64,000 nt of DNA, from assembly GCA_964036045.1 (NCBI GenBank), contig OZ038378.1:10664001-10728000 (forward strand). The letters are read 5' to 3'. Shown in pieces: positions 1 to 14,859 of the stretch. The notes under the pieces were generated by a model. It saw only the letters and a program-made list of their open reading frames with translations, did no database searches and was not told the origin of the DNA. How positions within the stretch are numbered: the stretch's first letter is position 1; every line of letters begins with the position of its first letter. This DNA is from Eutreptiella sp. 'Long Island Sound 2002'. Lineage: Eukaryota > Protista > Euglenida. The position numbers were made by a program, and so were the translations under genes.

Positions 1-2573
1 GCGGATGGGGGAGAGACCAATGGGGCAAGGGGCGTGGCAATGATTTGGAGGGAGGAATCCTTCGATAATGGGGTCAACCCCCCAAACATACGGCAGCCAT
101 CTGCAGGAGTCCGGCCAGCTCCAAGGCCACCTGGACCATTGGCTCCTTGCCTGGGGCCTGTACACACACCACGCCACATGGAAATACCAATGACGAGGAC
201 GTCAAAGCGACCCACAATCTACAACTACGCCGAACCGGACCCGCAATGCAATATCACAAACCATCTGCATCAACCATTCCTGCACAGGGCAACCTCACAT
301 ATGGCACCCACTTGCACAGTTGTGCCCATCCACAGCCGCCCGCCACTCACTATCGTGTGCTGATCGCCCCCACCAAATAAATGCATGCGCTATCACCCCG
401 TATGCCCTTGCCCTGTGTGTATGTGCCCCTGCCCCTTGGGTTTTGCACAGTGTGAACAAAGCACACACGTCTCCCTTGAGCCCCGAGTGAGACCAACTAT
501 TGTCCTTGTTGTCACCACAAGGACCTCTATCTTTCAAAAACAGGGGGGGGGGGAGCTCACATACAAGGATCACCCAGCCCCCCCCCCCCCGTCCCACTGG
601 GACTTGACTACGAAGCATTGCAATGCTTGTAGAGATGTTGGTGATTGTCATTGCCAACGAAGCGCGTCAGTCGCCAACCTCTTGTGCCTCCTAAATCGGC
701 ATTCTTCTGCATTTGGGGAAGACAGAGGTATCCTGCTTCCAAAGACCCTCCTGGTAGACAGCGTGTCGTGTTTGGCCTTGGTCATTCAAGATGACATGTG
801 GTCCACTTTGCTCACATCATACACTCTCTCCTTTCGCTTGTCAACTCCAACAAGCCGCCACAAGTGTGAGGAGCCGCTGTTGAGCACACAGTCACCCTTC
901 TTATTCTCGGAATGGTATCACTCCTTGTTATCACATTCACGTTGCTGTGGTTGCTGCAATTGCGGTTTTTCATTGAGAGAGCCTAATACTGCTTGCGGGC
1001 TAGCTGGATCCTTCCGCCTCCGGTGCTTGTACACCGGCAAATCGGAATGCAGCAAAGGGGGGGTGGTTGCCCTGTGTGCGCCCTGCGCGCACCCTGTGCG
1101 CTACTTTTATGATGATTTTCCTTGATTGAGTCCCAAAGTTTACCATTACCGTATGAAACCCCCAAGTAGACCAATGGCTGCCTCTTGCCTACCAAATGAA
1201 GCAACAAACCATCTGTGCATAACATTGAACAAGAAAAGCAAATCTGAATCACCTCTTTGTTCCACCAAATTTGTTCACTCAAATTGAACAAGCAAGACTA
1301 AACAGTCTTGTCCCCATAGGTGTGCGGATCAATACATTCCGCACAATAATTGGCACCACCATTGTACACCTTCTTTTGAAGGGTGCAAAGGGTGGGCCAT
1401 TTTACCACTTATTGCTAACAAATACTCGAGAATTTGTTCCTCCGTTTTCTTGTTCTCTTTCTCGCACTCCTCCTCTATGAATTCTCTTTCGGGGGCCGTG
1501 GGTTTGGGCTTAGGTTTGGGCTTTGCTTTATGCTTGGGTGTAGGTTTGGGTTGAGAAAAAAAGGCAGAATTGGAACTCGAATTGGCCTGTGTTGGCATAG
1601 GAGAATTGGAACTGGAACTGGCATCCAAATTGGAAATAGCCCAAAAAGTTGCCCTACGTACGCCCTGCATGCTAACGCTCCCTCCTAAAGTCAAGTAGAC
1701 TTCTCTTTTTATGACGCTTGGGTGACCCAGTACAACATCAACAAGAACAAGAACAAGAACAACGACACCCAGATGCCATAATGTCCCTTGGTACAAAAAG
1801 TGCTGGATGGAAATGTGTGTCAATGGAGGAATGATGCAAGCATGCCAATCACATGTTGCGAAGATGACATGATGTATTGTTTTCCCCGAGGGTACATGCA
1901 TACGGGTTTCGGTAAAATTTCGATGCGGGTTTATTGTGCATTGCAGTCCCGAATCTGCTGTGGAAAATTTCGCACCCACATGCTTTGATCCTGCCTTTGG
2001 CAAAGAGACTTGCCGTATTACAGTATCTTTGGTGTGTTTCACCTTGTTTTTATGGGAATTTTGCGACAAATTTTTTTTTCATGAATGCTATCGTTGCCTT
2101 TTTGCTATCTGGTGGTTTGTTGTAATTGCTAATGGTTGCCATTACTTCCTAGTGGCTTGCAAGGGGGGGGGGGGGGGGGGCGTTTCTGCGAAATGTGAAG
2201 TCATGGGGTTTTTGCCTAGAATTGGCCACTTCGAAAAAGGGGGGGGGGGCTTTTGCGCGCAACTCAAATTTTCCCAAACGCGCTGCGGGGGGTTACCTTG
2301 GATGTGCACAAGTGTGTATTTTTGGGGCATGTAGAAGGAAATTTGGGGGTGTCTTGCTTCAAAAGTGACGGATCTTTGCATGCTTACTTGATGCTGTTGT
2401 TTTACATATCAAGTGGCAGGGACGTGGTGGCATAAGGGGTTAGCATACGACAACGCAGGCCTCCACTCTACCTCCTCACCAATGCAATGGTGGTTGTAGC
2501 CACCCACACACCCTGCCAGGGGGGGGGGGGGGGGCATGGACGATTTCTCTTCGGCGCAGCCCAACACCGAAGA

Positions 2574-2840
2574 GGGTGCCTCACAGGGTGCCCAATCCTG
2601 CAAGGCGAACGTTTCGTCACGTTTCGTGTTTCGCATCACCGTTTCATGGGGTGCCCAGTCCCACAATGTGATCGTTTCGGATCGTTTCGCGTTTCGGACC
2701 ACCGCTTCATGGGGTGCCTAGTCCCACAATGTGGTCGTTTCGGATCGTTTCACGTTTCGGATCACCGCTTCATGGGGTGCCCAATCCCACAATGGGGTCG
2801 TTTCGGGTCGTTTCGTGTTTCACGGGGTGCCCAATCCCGG
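2574..2840. repeat. 63-bp tandem repeat (~4 copies) with internal CGTTTCG motifs
   Basis: CATGGGGTGCC recurs at 2645, 2708 and 2771, with a variant at 2582 (period 63). Each unit carries several CGTTTCG/CGTTTCA words. Confidence 0.9.
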
Positions 2841-3116
2841 AACTTCGGTTGTGCCAACAACAACAACAAGTACATCGTCTGTCACTTGAGGCATGCACTT
2901 CGCACCTAAAAAAAAAAAACACTCCCTAGGGGATAGACCCATCTACCACTTTCACTTCAATATCCATTTCCTCAAGGCACCGCTTGCACTGCGTTGGTCC
3001 CAAGCCCCCCGCCATAGCGTAACGTCTTATGCACTTGCCCGTGCACCTCACGTAATTGTCTACTTCCGCTGCCTTTTGGAGTCGCTACTCAACTTCCGTT
3101 CTGGTGCTTGTCGCTT

Positions 3117-3905
3117 CTATTCCAATGAAGCTGCCACGGCTGTCTTCCCACTTTTCGCTTGCTTGGCTTGCCCGCGGGGTTGCTTGGCGGTCTTTTTGTA
3201 AATTTTCTCGTGTCCTGTCACGACCACCACTTTGGCGCTGCTGTCCGAACTGCCACTTTTGGAACTAGACTCCGATGATGTAGAGGACCTCCCACCACTA
3301 CTAGAATTGGTCGTTGACGACCTATCCGTGTCGGACCCGTCTGACTCATCGGACTTGCGATGCTCTGGACACCAATCTTCATCGGCCTCACTTGCAGGTC
3401 GTTGTGTGCCATATTTGTCCCCTCCTTCATCACCCGGGGTTGCGGCTTGTCCCGTGCCTTCCTCTGCTTCCTTGTCCACATGAATGGTAATCCGCCGCAC
3501 CTTTTCTCCTTTCTCCGCCTTTGTCTTCCAAGCAGGCCGTGCAATCTGCCTCTACACAATCCAATCACTTACTTCAATTGTTTCGGGGTCCAAGCCGGGA
3601 TGCACGAGCTACAGGTGGCACTTGATATTCAATGTGAACGGGGATGCGGGGCACATCGGAACCAGACACTTCCTTGGGACATTGCGCTTCTTCTCCAATG
3701 CCTTCTTGTACTTGAAGCTATACCGGTAAGGGCAGTTGGTGCACACCTTCGTCCCATTCAACATGGTTTCGCAGGTCCCGGTGGAACGACAACGGTGGCG
3801 TGCATCCACCATGGCGTCACCTTTAGCAATATGCCTTGCCACGTGGCCCAACATTATGCGCAGGGGCACTGCCGCATCACAAAAGAGGCAACACCGTACA
3901 TCATC
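3117..3905 (-). pseudogene. Decayed zinc-finger ORF (C2H2, Cys-rich segment, C2H2, then Ser/acidic low-complexity tail), probably transposon-derived
   Basis: Minus frame reads CLFCDAAVPLRIMLGHVARHI...TGTCETMLNGTKVCTNCPYRYSFKYKKALEKKRNVPRKCLVPMCPASPFTLNIKCHL*LVHPGLDP, with in-frame TAG stops. It then shifts frame into the low-complexity ORF 3117-3500. Confidence 0.5.
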
Positions 3906-3911
3906 TGCAGG

Positions 3912-4036
3912 CAAGTGGGCGGAAATGCTATATGACCCCTGCGTTCTCAGGGGTCCCCAAACAAAGAGGGACAAAATCAGAATTGGCGGCTTCACCCTTG
4001 CCTTCTCGAGGGCCCACAAGTGGGCGGAAATGCTAC
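3912..4036. repeat. 19-bp direct repeat CAAGTGGGCGGAAATGCTA, two copies 105 bp apart
   Basis: Copies start at 3912 and 4017. Confidence 0.8.
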
Positions 4037-4205
4037 ATAGTGGTAGTGTGAGGTGGACTAAGCAAACCCTTCCCCCAAAAAAGGGGGGGGGGGGTTCGGT
4101 TGTATGAAACCCACTTTTACCTAAAAATTTGACCAATGAAAAAGGGGGGGGGGGTATGTAAAACCCCCCATGCTGTCGTTCTCCGCTGATGCCCCCCCCC
4201 CCCCC

Positions 4206-4372
4206 CTCTGGTGGCTTGCTGTTAGTTCTTGGGGGGTTGCTGTGAATTCCTAGTAGCTTGCCGTTGATTGCTGGTGGTTGCTGTCACTTCCTGGTGGTTG
4301 CTCTTAATTCTTGATGTGTTGTTGTGAATTCCTGGAGGGTTGCTGTTAATTCTTGGTGCCTTGGTGTTGATT
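4206..4372. repeat. Degenerate ~21-bp minisatellite (~8 copies, consensus like TCCTGGTGGTTGCTGTTAAT)
   Basis: Units such as tcttggggggttgctgtgaat, tcctggtggttgctcttaat and tcctggagggttgctgttaat are visible in tandem. Confidence 0.75.
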
Positions 4373-7300
4373 GCGGACAAATGGGCAACTATTTTCCCCA
4401 TATTTCAGTACACATTTCTTGTAACCGCCTGTCAAATACAATTTTGAAGCCCCCGACTGTTGATCGTCACCCCAATCAGCCCACATTGTTTTCAAATATG
4501 CAGGCTGATGTGTTTCACGGCGCGCTTCAGCAGTGGCTTTCAAGTGCTAGGCCATTGCAGAAATCTTCTCCTGGCGTTCATCCGTCTTGGGCTTGGGCTT
4601 CAAAAAAACAAAGCATCGAGGGGAGAAAACTGCACAGTGTATGCACAAAATGAACAACTGTGCAACAAAAGGATGAATCAATGGCGAGAGGTTTCATACC
4701 CATGGAATTCATCTGTACCCCGTCTGCAAATACGACAAGCAATTTTTTGCTAAATTTCAACACCAGCTTATTTCGCACAGCGGCCTGAAAATTGTGTGGG
4801 AAATTTCGCACGAATTTGTAATGCGGAATACCCCACAGCAAAAAATTCCTACTGCAAAGCCCCCCCGTCCGCCTGGACAAGTCTGCCACTAACCCCTAAC
4901 CCTCACCCCAACAAGAGCAAACACCGAGCTGGTGGGAGGCATGGGAAACATACATGGTTATCCCTATCAACCAAATACTATGTACTGGTGCATCATGCAA
5001 ACGAACACTTGGTCACCTCCCTTTGATGCTTTACAACAAAATACCTCATACCACGAGCAGGTGGGCACAGTAGGTTTGCAGTTACCCTTGGTAACGCGTC
5101 AGCCTCAGGGTTTGGATTAGCATTAGGGTCAAAACAAGCCCTATCCTAACCCTAAGGATGTGCCCCCTCCGCTGTCAAGCTACCTGCTCCCCCGTTTGGC
5201 CCCTTGGGACGGCCCCCTCCCCCACTCCTGGGCCGCCACTCCTCCCCCCGCCCTCCGAGCCCCCCCCGCCCCCCGGTCCCAGGCCGCCAGGGTGGTTTTT
5301 GGGGTTGAGTCCAGTTCTTTTTCGGGGAAGGGGGGGGGGGGCTCCAGCCAGAGGGCTCTATCAACCCCTCGGCCCCTGAGGGTGAAAACCCAACTCCTCC
5401 TCCAACTTTTGTCCTTACCCGTGCCCTTGCCGCTGCTATTCCCCCTGTCCCTGCCAGTGCCCTTGCCAATGTACACGAATTACTACCCCTTCAGCAGGTC
5501 AGAACCTCAGGCATTTGCTGGAAGTCAGGTGCGTGCAATGCGCTGCCATGTCCCTCGCTGAACCAGGCATAAGGCAGTACGTTTCCAGCCCGAGGGGCTG
5601 GGATGGGAGATTGGGTCACAATGTCCGCAATTTGGGGGGGGGGGGGGGCTGGCGGTCAGGAAAACAATAGTTCGACAGGGCCACTGTGCTGAGAGAAAGC
5701 CATGCAAAATGCTTTCACACCCGCTCAGCTTTGCGGATCCCCTTGAGCCCCCCCTCCCGAAAGTGTACCCCAGTGGTTTGTGTCCGAGCCTTGCGACCAG
5801 AAGCCTGGGGTGAGACGCGTCGTGCCAATTGTCAATTGCCCCGGCGTGGGGCGAGGGCTCTTTGGAACGGGGAAGGGAGGGGGGCAGGGGGGGGGGCAGG
5901 GGGGGGGGGGGGCATGTCGGCGGTCCTGGGCGCCAGCAGGGGGCATCTGCCCGCTGCCCGTGTTACCCGTGGTCAATGACTGCCAGTGCAGGGTATCCAG
6001 TCTGGCCACAGGCACAGAGCCTCCGTGTGTTTGCGTGTAGGGGACCACCACATCACCAAGTCGGCATCGACCTGCCAAGCTCCAAACAATGACATATGTG
6101 TGCGGTTGCAGGTGCCTCCATGCATACAAACCAAGCGCTAGCGGTGCTGTCATGAACATGACCACCACGTTTGGATGGTTTCCACGGCGTCACACGAGGT
6201 GATTGCATTGTTGTGTTTGTGACACGGTGAGTTTATATGCGACGCCGGTCAGGATGGTGCGGGAGAGGGGACTAGCGGGACTCGTCAGTGGCATACGGAG
6301 CAACAAAACAAAAATGGCTCTGCCATGGACTTCAAACGTTCAAACAATGTGGTAAGCATTTTTTGTCCCGCAAGAAGCATGTAAAGAGCCAGCCCCCCCA
6401 TGTCATACATTTCGAAATCTGCAATATGAATGATTCACTGTTGTTGCATTTTCTTGTCGTTCATGCTTCTTGTCGTAAAACACCATTCATGTAGAAAATC
6501 ACATCATCTCACATTAGGAGGTGCATCATATGCTTTGATGAAATGAGACGAAATTCACAAATACAAATCTTGCTATTAGAAGTAGGAACAGAAACTTTAA
6601 GACTAAAGACTTATGAGATAACTGGGATCATTAATTGAAGAGTCATGCAAACACCAACTGTGTGCAACTGATACAACCCGGCAGACGGTCGAGGGGAACA
6701 GCCGCATAGGTGGGGGAACACAACCATAGCGACGGGCATGGCGACAAGGACGATCCTGAAACATTAATTTGTTGTAACGACTGCGTGTTGCTGCGCAGCG
6801 TCCATCACCCGCACATTATAAACCGGCTGAATTGGTGGTACAACTAAATACACAAGCGACGGCTCTGCATTGTTACTGTAGGTAACAGACCCGGTCTCGT
6901 GTGCATGGCACGAAACGGTACCTTTCCCCGAGGACTTGGCAAGCCCCGTACGGCACGGGCCTCTTTGCCGCGGCATGCCCGGACCACAACAACAACGCGC
7001 AGTCATTTCTTTTTGGCGCCCGTTGTCCTGGTGGCCGCCCAGAGTGCCCGTCCGTCTGCTGCTGCTCCGCTTCGACGACCTGGCCCTTGTGCTCGCAGTT
7101 GTGGGGGGCGGTGCACCGCCTCCGAGGGCCAACAGCGGCGAAGCATCCTGCAAACCCCCCCCCCCCCCGAAAGGGCACGTCTCATGTCACGACGCGGATT
7201 CGTGCGCGGGTCAGACAGACCGTCCGTCCCCCGCACGCATTGCCCAGCAAACACCCGCAGCCTCAGCCGGCGACCTCCGGCGGCCTTTTGGACAGCCGCG

Positions 7301-7630
7301 GCCTGTGGCATGGGGGTGCACGCGGTGTCTACCCCGCCAGAGGCTGTCCCTGGAGGGGCCAAGGTCGCCGCGTGGGAGCCTGTGGTTCTGCCGGAAGACA
7401 CCAACACTTTGGCCGCAGACGACTGGCAAGTTTGGGGCCAACACGAGACTGTCGCAGGTACGCGCGCCGGGCACTGCGCAGAAGGGGGGGGTGCCCCACA
7501 TTGATGCCGTTGGTTGTGAGGCCAGCGGTGTCCGGTCCGATGTCGGGTCTGCGTTTGGGGGATCGAGGGCATTGTTTGCGAGAGCACCGGCCGGGGCTCC
7601 GCGCCAAAACCGGAACGGGTCCCCGGGCCC

Positions 7631-9882
<2,252 letters not shown>

Positions 9883-12357
9883 TCCCTCGATCGGGCGGCG
9901 CGCGGGAGAGGGCGGAACGAGGGGCACAACAAACGGACCTGAATTGTAGAGGGGATGTGATCGGGGGCGGGGCTCAGGGACCGTCGAGCAGTGCAATGGT
10001 TCTTTCGAGGCTCTCCCGATCTTGCGATCCTTTGTCATCCATTCACAAGCACAAGAGCACGTAATGGTCTGCCACAGGCGTGATGCTTCTGGGCAAGGGC
10101 CGTGAGTCCGTTCAAGTGCTGCTCCAATTGGGGGACCAGACCACATGGCCCAAGCTCTGCTGCTCCGAACAACAGGGCCCCTCCACGGTCCAGATCGGTG
10201 CAGCCAGCGCCCGACCATTGAATGCGGTGCGATTATGGCCATTGGATACCAGCGAGGGGACCATGATGACAGCCAAATGACCAGCGTGATCCTCGTGCCA
10301 GACGTGCACAGTGCTCGACTATGATTTAGGGGGCGGGGTGGAGTGAACTCATCAACTGCTCAGACTGCGGGATTCAACCTCGACGAAGCATACCACACGT
10401 CCCTGTTCAAGCCCTGCAGCAAAGACCGTACCCGGCATCATGGGACAAGAGCGTTCAGCACATCGAGGCCCTTCCGAAACCGCGCCACACATGATGTCGG
10501 CAGTCGTCTTGAAGCATTCACAAGGGCATACCTTCCCTGTCACACTGTACTTTTACACACACCAGTGCTGATCTGAATTCTCTGTTGGCAGGTCTGACCC
10601 TCGCACCCTGTGTGCACAATGAAAATTGAAGCTGCCTGACTACCCTTGCACTTGCAGAAGCACCGGCGAGGAGCGTTCAAGGGAACTGAACCATCCTCGC
10701 TGGTCATGCGGGGTTTGCATTTCCTGATGGGCTCGTTCAACATCTCCCGAGCTGCTGACACCTAACAAGGGGTTTCCCTGAGACGCCTTTGTTGGAGGTT
10801 TGCCCAGTTACCAATTTTGGTGGTGACCAAAGTGAGAGTTCCCCACCCCACATCCAAGGGACGACAAAGGAGGCAGAGGGCACCAGGGTGCCTACAATCA
10901 ATTTCCACAGCATCGAGTAAATGTGTGGGTGGTGGGCAGAACAGGGGGTTTTAGAGGGAGACGGGGCTGGAGTGGGGGGGGAGGGGGGGCTGGGGGCATG
11001 ATTATGCACGTCGCCTTTTGGGGGTCTTGCTCTACTGCATGCATCCCATCGGCTCCTCCCGCGGGGCATGCACACCATTGCCCTGAGTGGGACTGAAAAC
11101 GAGATTATGAGTTGCAGACAAAAAATGGGTGGGCTCGTGGTGGCACATGTTTGTAGGCATGTGTTGGTTGGAATGTGTGGATCCTCTGGATGCGGAGGGG
11201 TGCCACCTGCGGTCCTCAGGCGTCGCGCGTACAAGGATGATTTGCGATGCTGAGGGACCGCCACTGCCTGGCAATGTGGATGCCCATGGCCAGGGACAGC
11301 TGATGAGGAAGCCACATGTGATGAAGGTGACACGAGACTACTGCCTTGCCATGCCCTGGGGCTCATTCCCGCGAATAAAGCAGGAGGGGCACTTTTTTCC
11401 TGTTGATTTCAAGCGTGCTGATATGGGGTGCACAGTTTGAATTTAGGTACCCAATTACCCCCAATTTTTTTGGGCTGAGGGGGGCTCATCTGCACGCAAC
11501 TTGTGGTGTAATTGTTGCCAGGCATGCGCCAACGCACGCCAGATTGTGGTGATGGGTTTCTTGACCCCATCTGGTGCCAGAGGGAAAAAACCTGATGTTG
11601 CAGGCTCCCAAACTCCATGTTGTTCTTACGCATATATTGTGCCCCCCTTCCCAAGCAGCGTCTTGGTGGGGTACGGGGGTCGTCAGCAGTCTGGACGGCT
11701 GTGAGACCAGACAACCAAAGGGGGGTACCCAGTCGAGCCGGTGAGGTACGGGCACACTGGCCGTGGGTCACCACCTTTGGCGCAAGCCGAGACCCAACCC
11801 AACCCAACCCAAACAGCGTCCCCCCGTCTTCCATAACGGAGGCTTGTGGTGTCAGAGCACCACCCACGGCTGCTTCATTTGACTTGAAGGGCAGTTGGTT
11901 GCCAAATGACCGCAAATGAATTGCACGCAAAAAACAGACACTTTAAACAAACAATGCTCATGCCAGAGGAGAGAGTGCAATCAAATGGGACATGAGTGCA
12001 TTCATGTCTTTGCCGAAAAGACCTCCCAGCCTGTACCCACTTGTCAAGCATTGGCATTCCTGCAAGCCAATTGGAGGGTACAAACCCCCATTACATTTTA
12101 CTGCTGTGCAGCATCAACTAGCACATTGTTTTGGAGGATGTTTTGAGAGTTTAGGCGAAAAAATTAGTAGAATGCATGTCTTTGACCTACCGTTGGCGCT
12201 TAAAAGCTAGTTTTGGAGAGCTAGGGGTGGAGCTCTTCAAGAGCAAGCTTCTCAGTCCTGTGCGGAGGATGACACAGGGAGCAAGGGGACTGATGCAGCG
12301 CTGATCCGCCGGCTATTGTGGCTCCCAGACGCAGCCGGGACGCCCAGCACCCTACCA

Positions 12358-12940
12358 ATGCTGGTGCAGGCAGTGCTGGAGGAGTGCCCCAAGCCGCTGT
12401 GCACAAGCCGGGTGGGGCAGGCGCTGCACGCCGCCCACTGGAGGGATGGTGGAGCTAGCGGCTGCCGGGGCAGGCAGTTGTACTACTGCAGGCAGAGACT
12501 AGGCGCTGCAGGCACCACCAGCCACGTGGCGGGCTTGGGGGCGTGGTACAGCGCGAGGCCATGCGCCATGCCCTTTCGGTGGCATGCCCTGAGAGGCGAT
12601 GCTCCCGCACAGGCTACTCATGGGAGCGATGTGGACAGCCGCACAGGCGCACGAACATCGCATGGGCCCGATGCCCGCAGTGCGGCATGCCGGCGGACGT
12701 GCTGTAGGGCTGCCCGGCGTGGAAACCGGTGCAGGCTGTGTGGCACCCGTGGTGGACGCACACCAGCTGCCTTCGCTTGCGGTGCCAGCCGCCTACCCCG
12801 TGTGCCCGCGGGCCATGGGCTTACTACCGCTGGCATTGGTGCCTGACGACGGCGCACTGCAGCTGGCACGGCCACTCCTGTACCGGCTGTACAGGATGCC
12901 CCTGACCGTGCTGGCAGCGCGCATGGTGGTAGAAGAGGCC
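12358..12940 (+). mobile_element. Degenerate LINE (non-LTR retrotransposon) ORF2 3' fragment with CCHC (zf-RVT-like) motif
   Basis: With a frameshift it reads RLLMGAMWTAAQAHEHRM..ARCPQCGMPADVL*GCPAWKPVQAVWHPWW (CPQC at 12672; the TAG lies where Trp is expected). This is the pattern of LINE RT C-terminal zinc knuckles. No RT core was seen. Confidence 0.6.
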
Positions 12941-14859
12941 ACCAAGTGCAGGGGCAACGCCGCGTGCCGGGGGATGAAGGCCAGCAGAGGCACAGCAGCG
13001 AACCGCTGCGGAGACATGAGCGCAGCACGCGCGGGCGCACACTGCGGGCTGGTGGTGCACTGCAACGTTGCGTGCGGGGCGTGAGCTGGGAGGTGGGAAG
13101 GCAGTGGGTAGCCCAGCCCGCGGACAGAAACCACGGAGTACAGCTCTCAGTGGGTAACAGCGCCAGCACGTGAAGCAGCAGTACCAATCAACCCATATCA
13201 CAGAGGGCACTAGGCCGTCAAGGTCCAGAAAAATATCACAGAGGGACTTTTGGCATGGGTCAGCGGGGTCAGGTCCCAAACAGATTCACCGGTCGTTCTG
13301 TGTCTGGCAGCAAGAGCCACCACAAGTGGGAATTATCTAAGATACATCAGCCCTCTGCGGCTTCATCCACTCTGCAGCACCGCTTGGATGCGTTGTGCGT
13401 GCATGTGTGCTGATGACACTCGGCTCGACAAGCGTTCTACGCAACCTGGCGTTTTTTTCCGCGCACATGCCCATGTTGAATGTCCCGCACAGAATAAGCC
13501 GCATGCCGTGCGATCCGTTTGACAGACACCTGTTGGTCCATCCCCATACCACAAAGTGGTCTGGAGACGAGCATCCAACAGCAGACCCCCAGTACGCTTG
13601 GGCGGAGCCGCACAGACTGGAACACGTTCTTGGTCTGGTGGCAAAATTGTCAAGGGCAACCGAGGTCTACCTTCGGCAACCCCAAGCCTCCTCAGCGCTG
13701 CAGCCATAAGCTGGGTCAGTCTTGACCCGGAAACTGGCTTGGCAAAATAAAATTAAGAATCAAATTTGAAGCACCGCTCCCCCGTGGGACCCGGCCCCCC
13801 AGACCGCGGACACCCCCAGCCACTGCCAAACAACTGTTACAAGCCTCTCTGCCCAGAAAAAAACCGCCGAAATATCCAATCAGTCAGCCATTGTTTGTGG
13901 GCCGTTTCAACGGGGGGTCCGCAGGGGGACTGAAGAACGGGATGGCTGAGTGTGTAATGAAACACACAGCGAACAGCATCATGCATTTGTCGGCAGGTCA
14001 GCATGGTGTTGTGCAATGGGGTGTTGAGCTTTGGGGCAGAGTACATGGGGGTGGGCGGGCTTTCAAACGGGGGGGGGGGGGCAGGGAGGGCGGGTTTTGA
14101 TACAGCCCTCTGGCTAGCCCCGCCCTCAAAAATCAATTGACTCAATTGACGGGCCCCCCAAAATTCTACCGACGCTGACCCCTGGGCCCTGGAGGTGACC
14201 CGGATTCAGCAAAAAAAACGGTATTTTTGGAAACAGTGCGTCGAGAGGGTTCATGAAAATCATTATTTGCCATGTATTTGGTGGAAAAAAAAAAGACGAT
14301 TTTCAATGCTCAAAAAACTTTTTGGGCGCCTTTGGCGACAGAGTTCATTATAACTAATTAATGGTCCTGTCAATTGAGCCCTTTTCTCGAACCCCCCCCC
14401 AGTCTGAAAGGGGGGTCTATTGACCCCCCCCCCCCCCCCCCCCCAACGACAGTTGAAAACCCGATTTCCCCGGCGCCCAGCTATGCACCATCAGGACTAC
14501 GCAGGCAACAAGCCACATCATTTACAACTCTCTTCGAGCAGCAGGTACAACCTCTTCAAGGGGATTTTCACCATTCTCAATGGCTTCCAGCCATCTAACA
14601 TCGGCAAAGCAACAGGACCGCATGCATTTATTGCATGTGATAGCGCAAACACCAAACACAACCAACGTTGTATCCAAGGATTCACTGTGTATTTACATTC
14701 TGAAAAAAAAATGGACTAACCTTTGGAGATTCCTTCGAGCCCATCTTCTTGACTACCCGATGACTTGCAATGGAGCTCGTACCAGCATCCCCGGCCCTGC
14801 TTAAAGTCTCACTTGCCCTTGCTTTGCTCTTGTTAGAGATGATTGGTTCACCCTCTGAC

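Noticed and set aside
1329-2069. 246-codon minus ORF considered as a piggyBac transposase fragment
   Set aside because: There is only a vague KHVGAKF similarity, with no catalytic Asp motifs and no TTAA-TIR ends. It may be decayed TE coding sequence but cannot be assigned.
4890-5156. Telomere-like TAACCC words (4890, 5147; also 8874)
   Set aside because: Only 1-2 units each, which is too short to call interstitial telomeric repeats.
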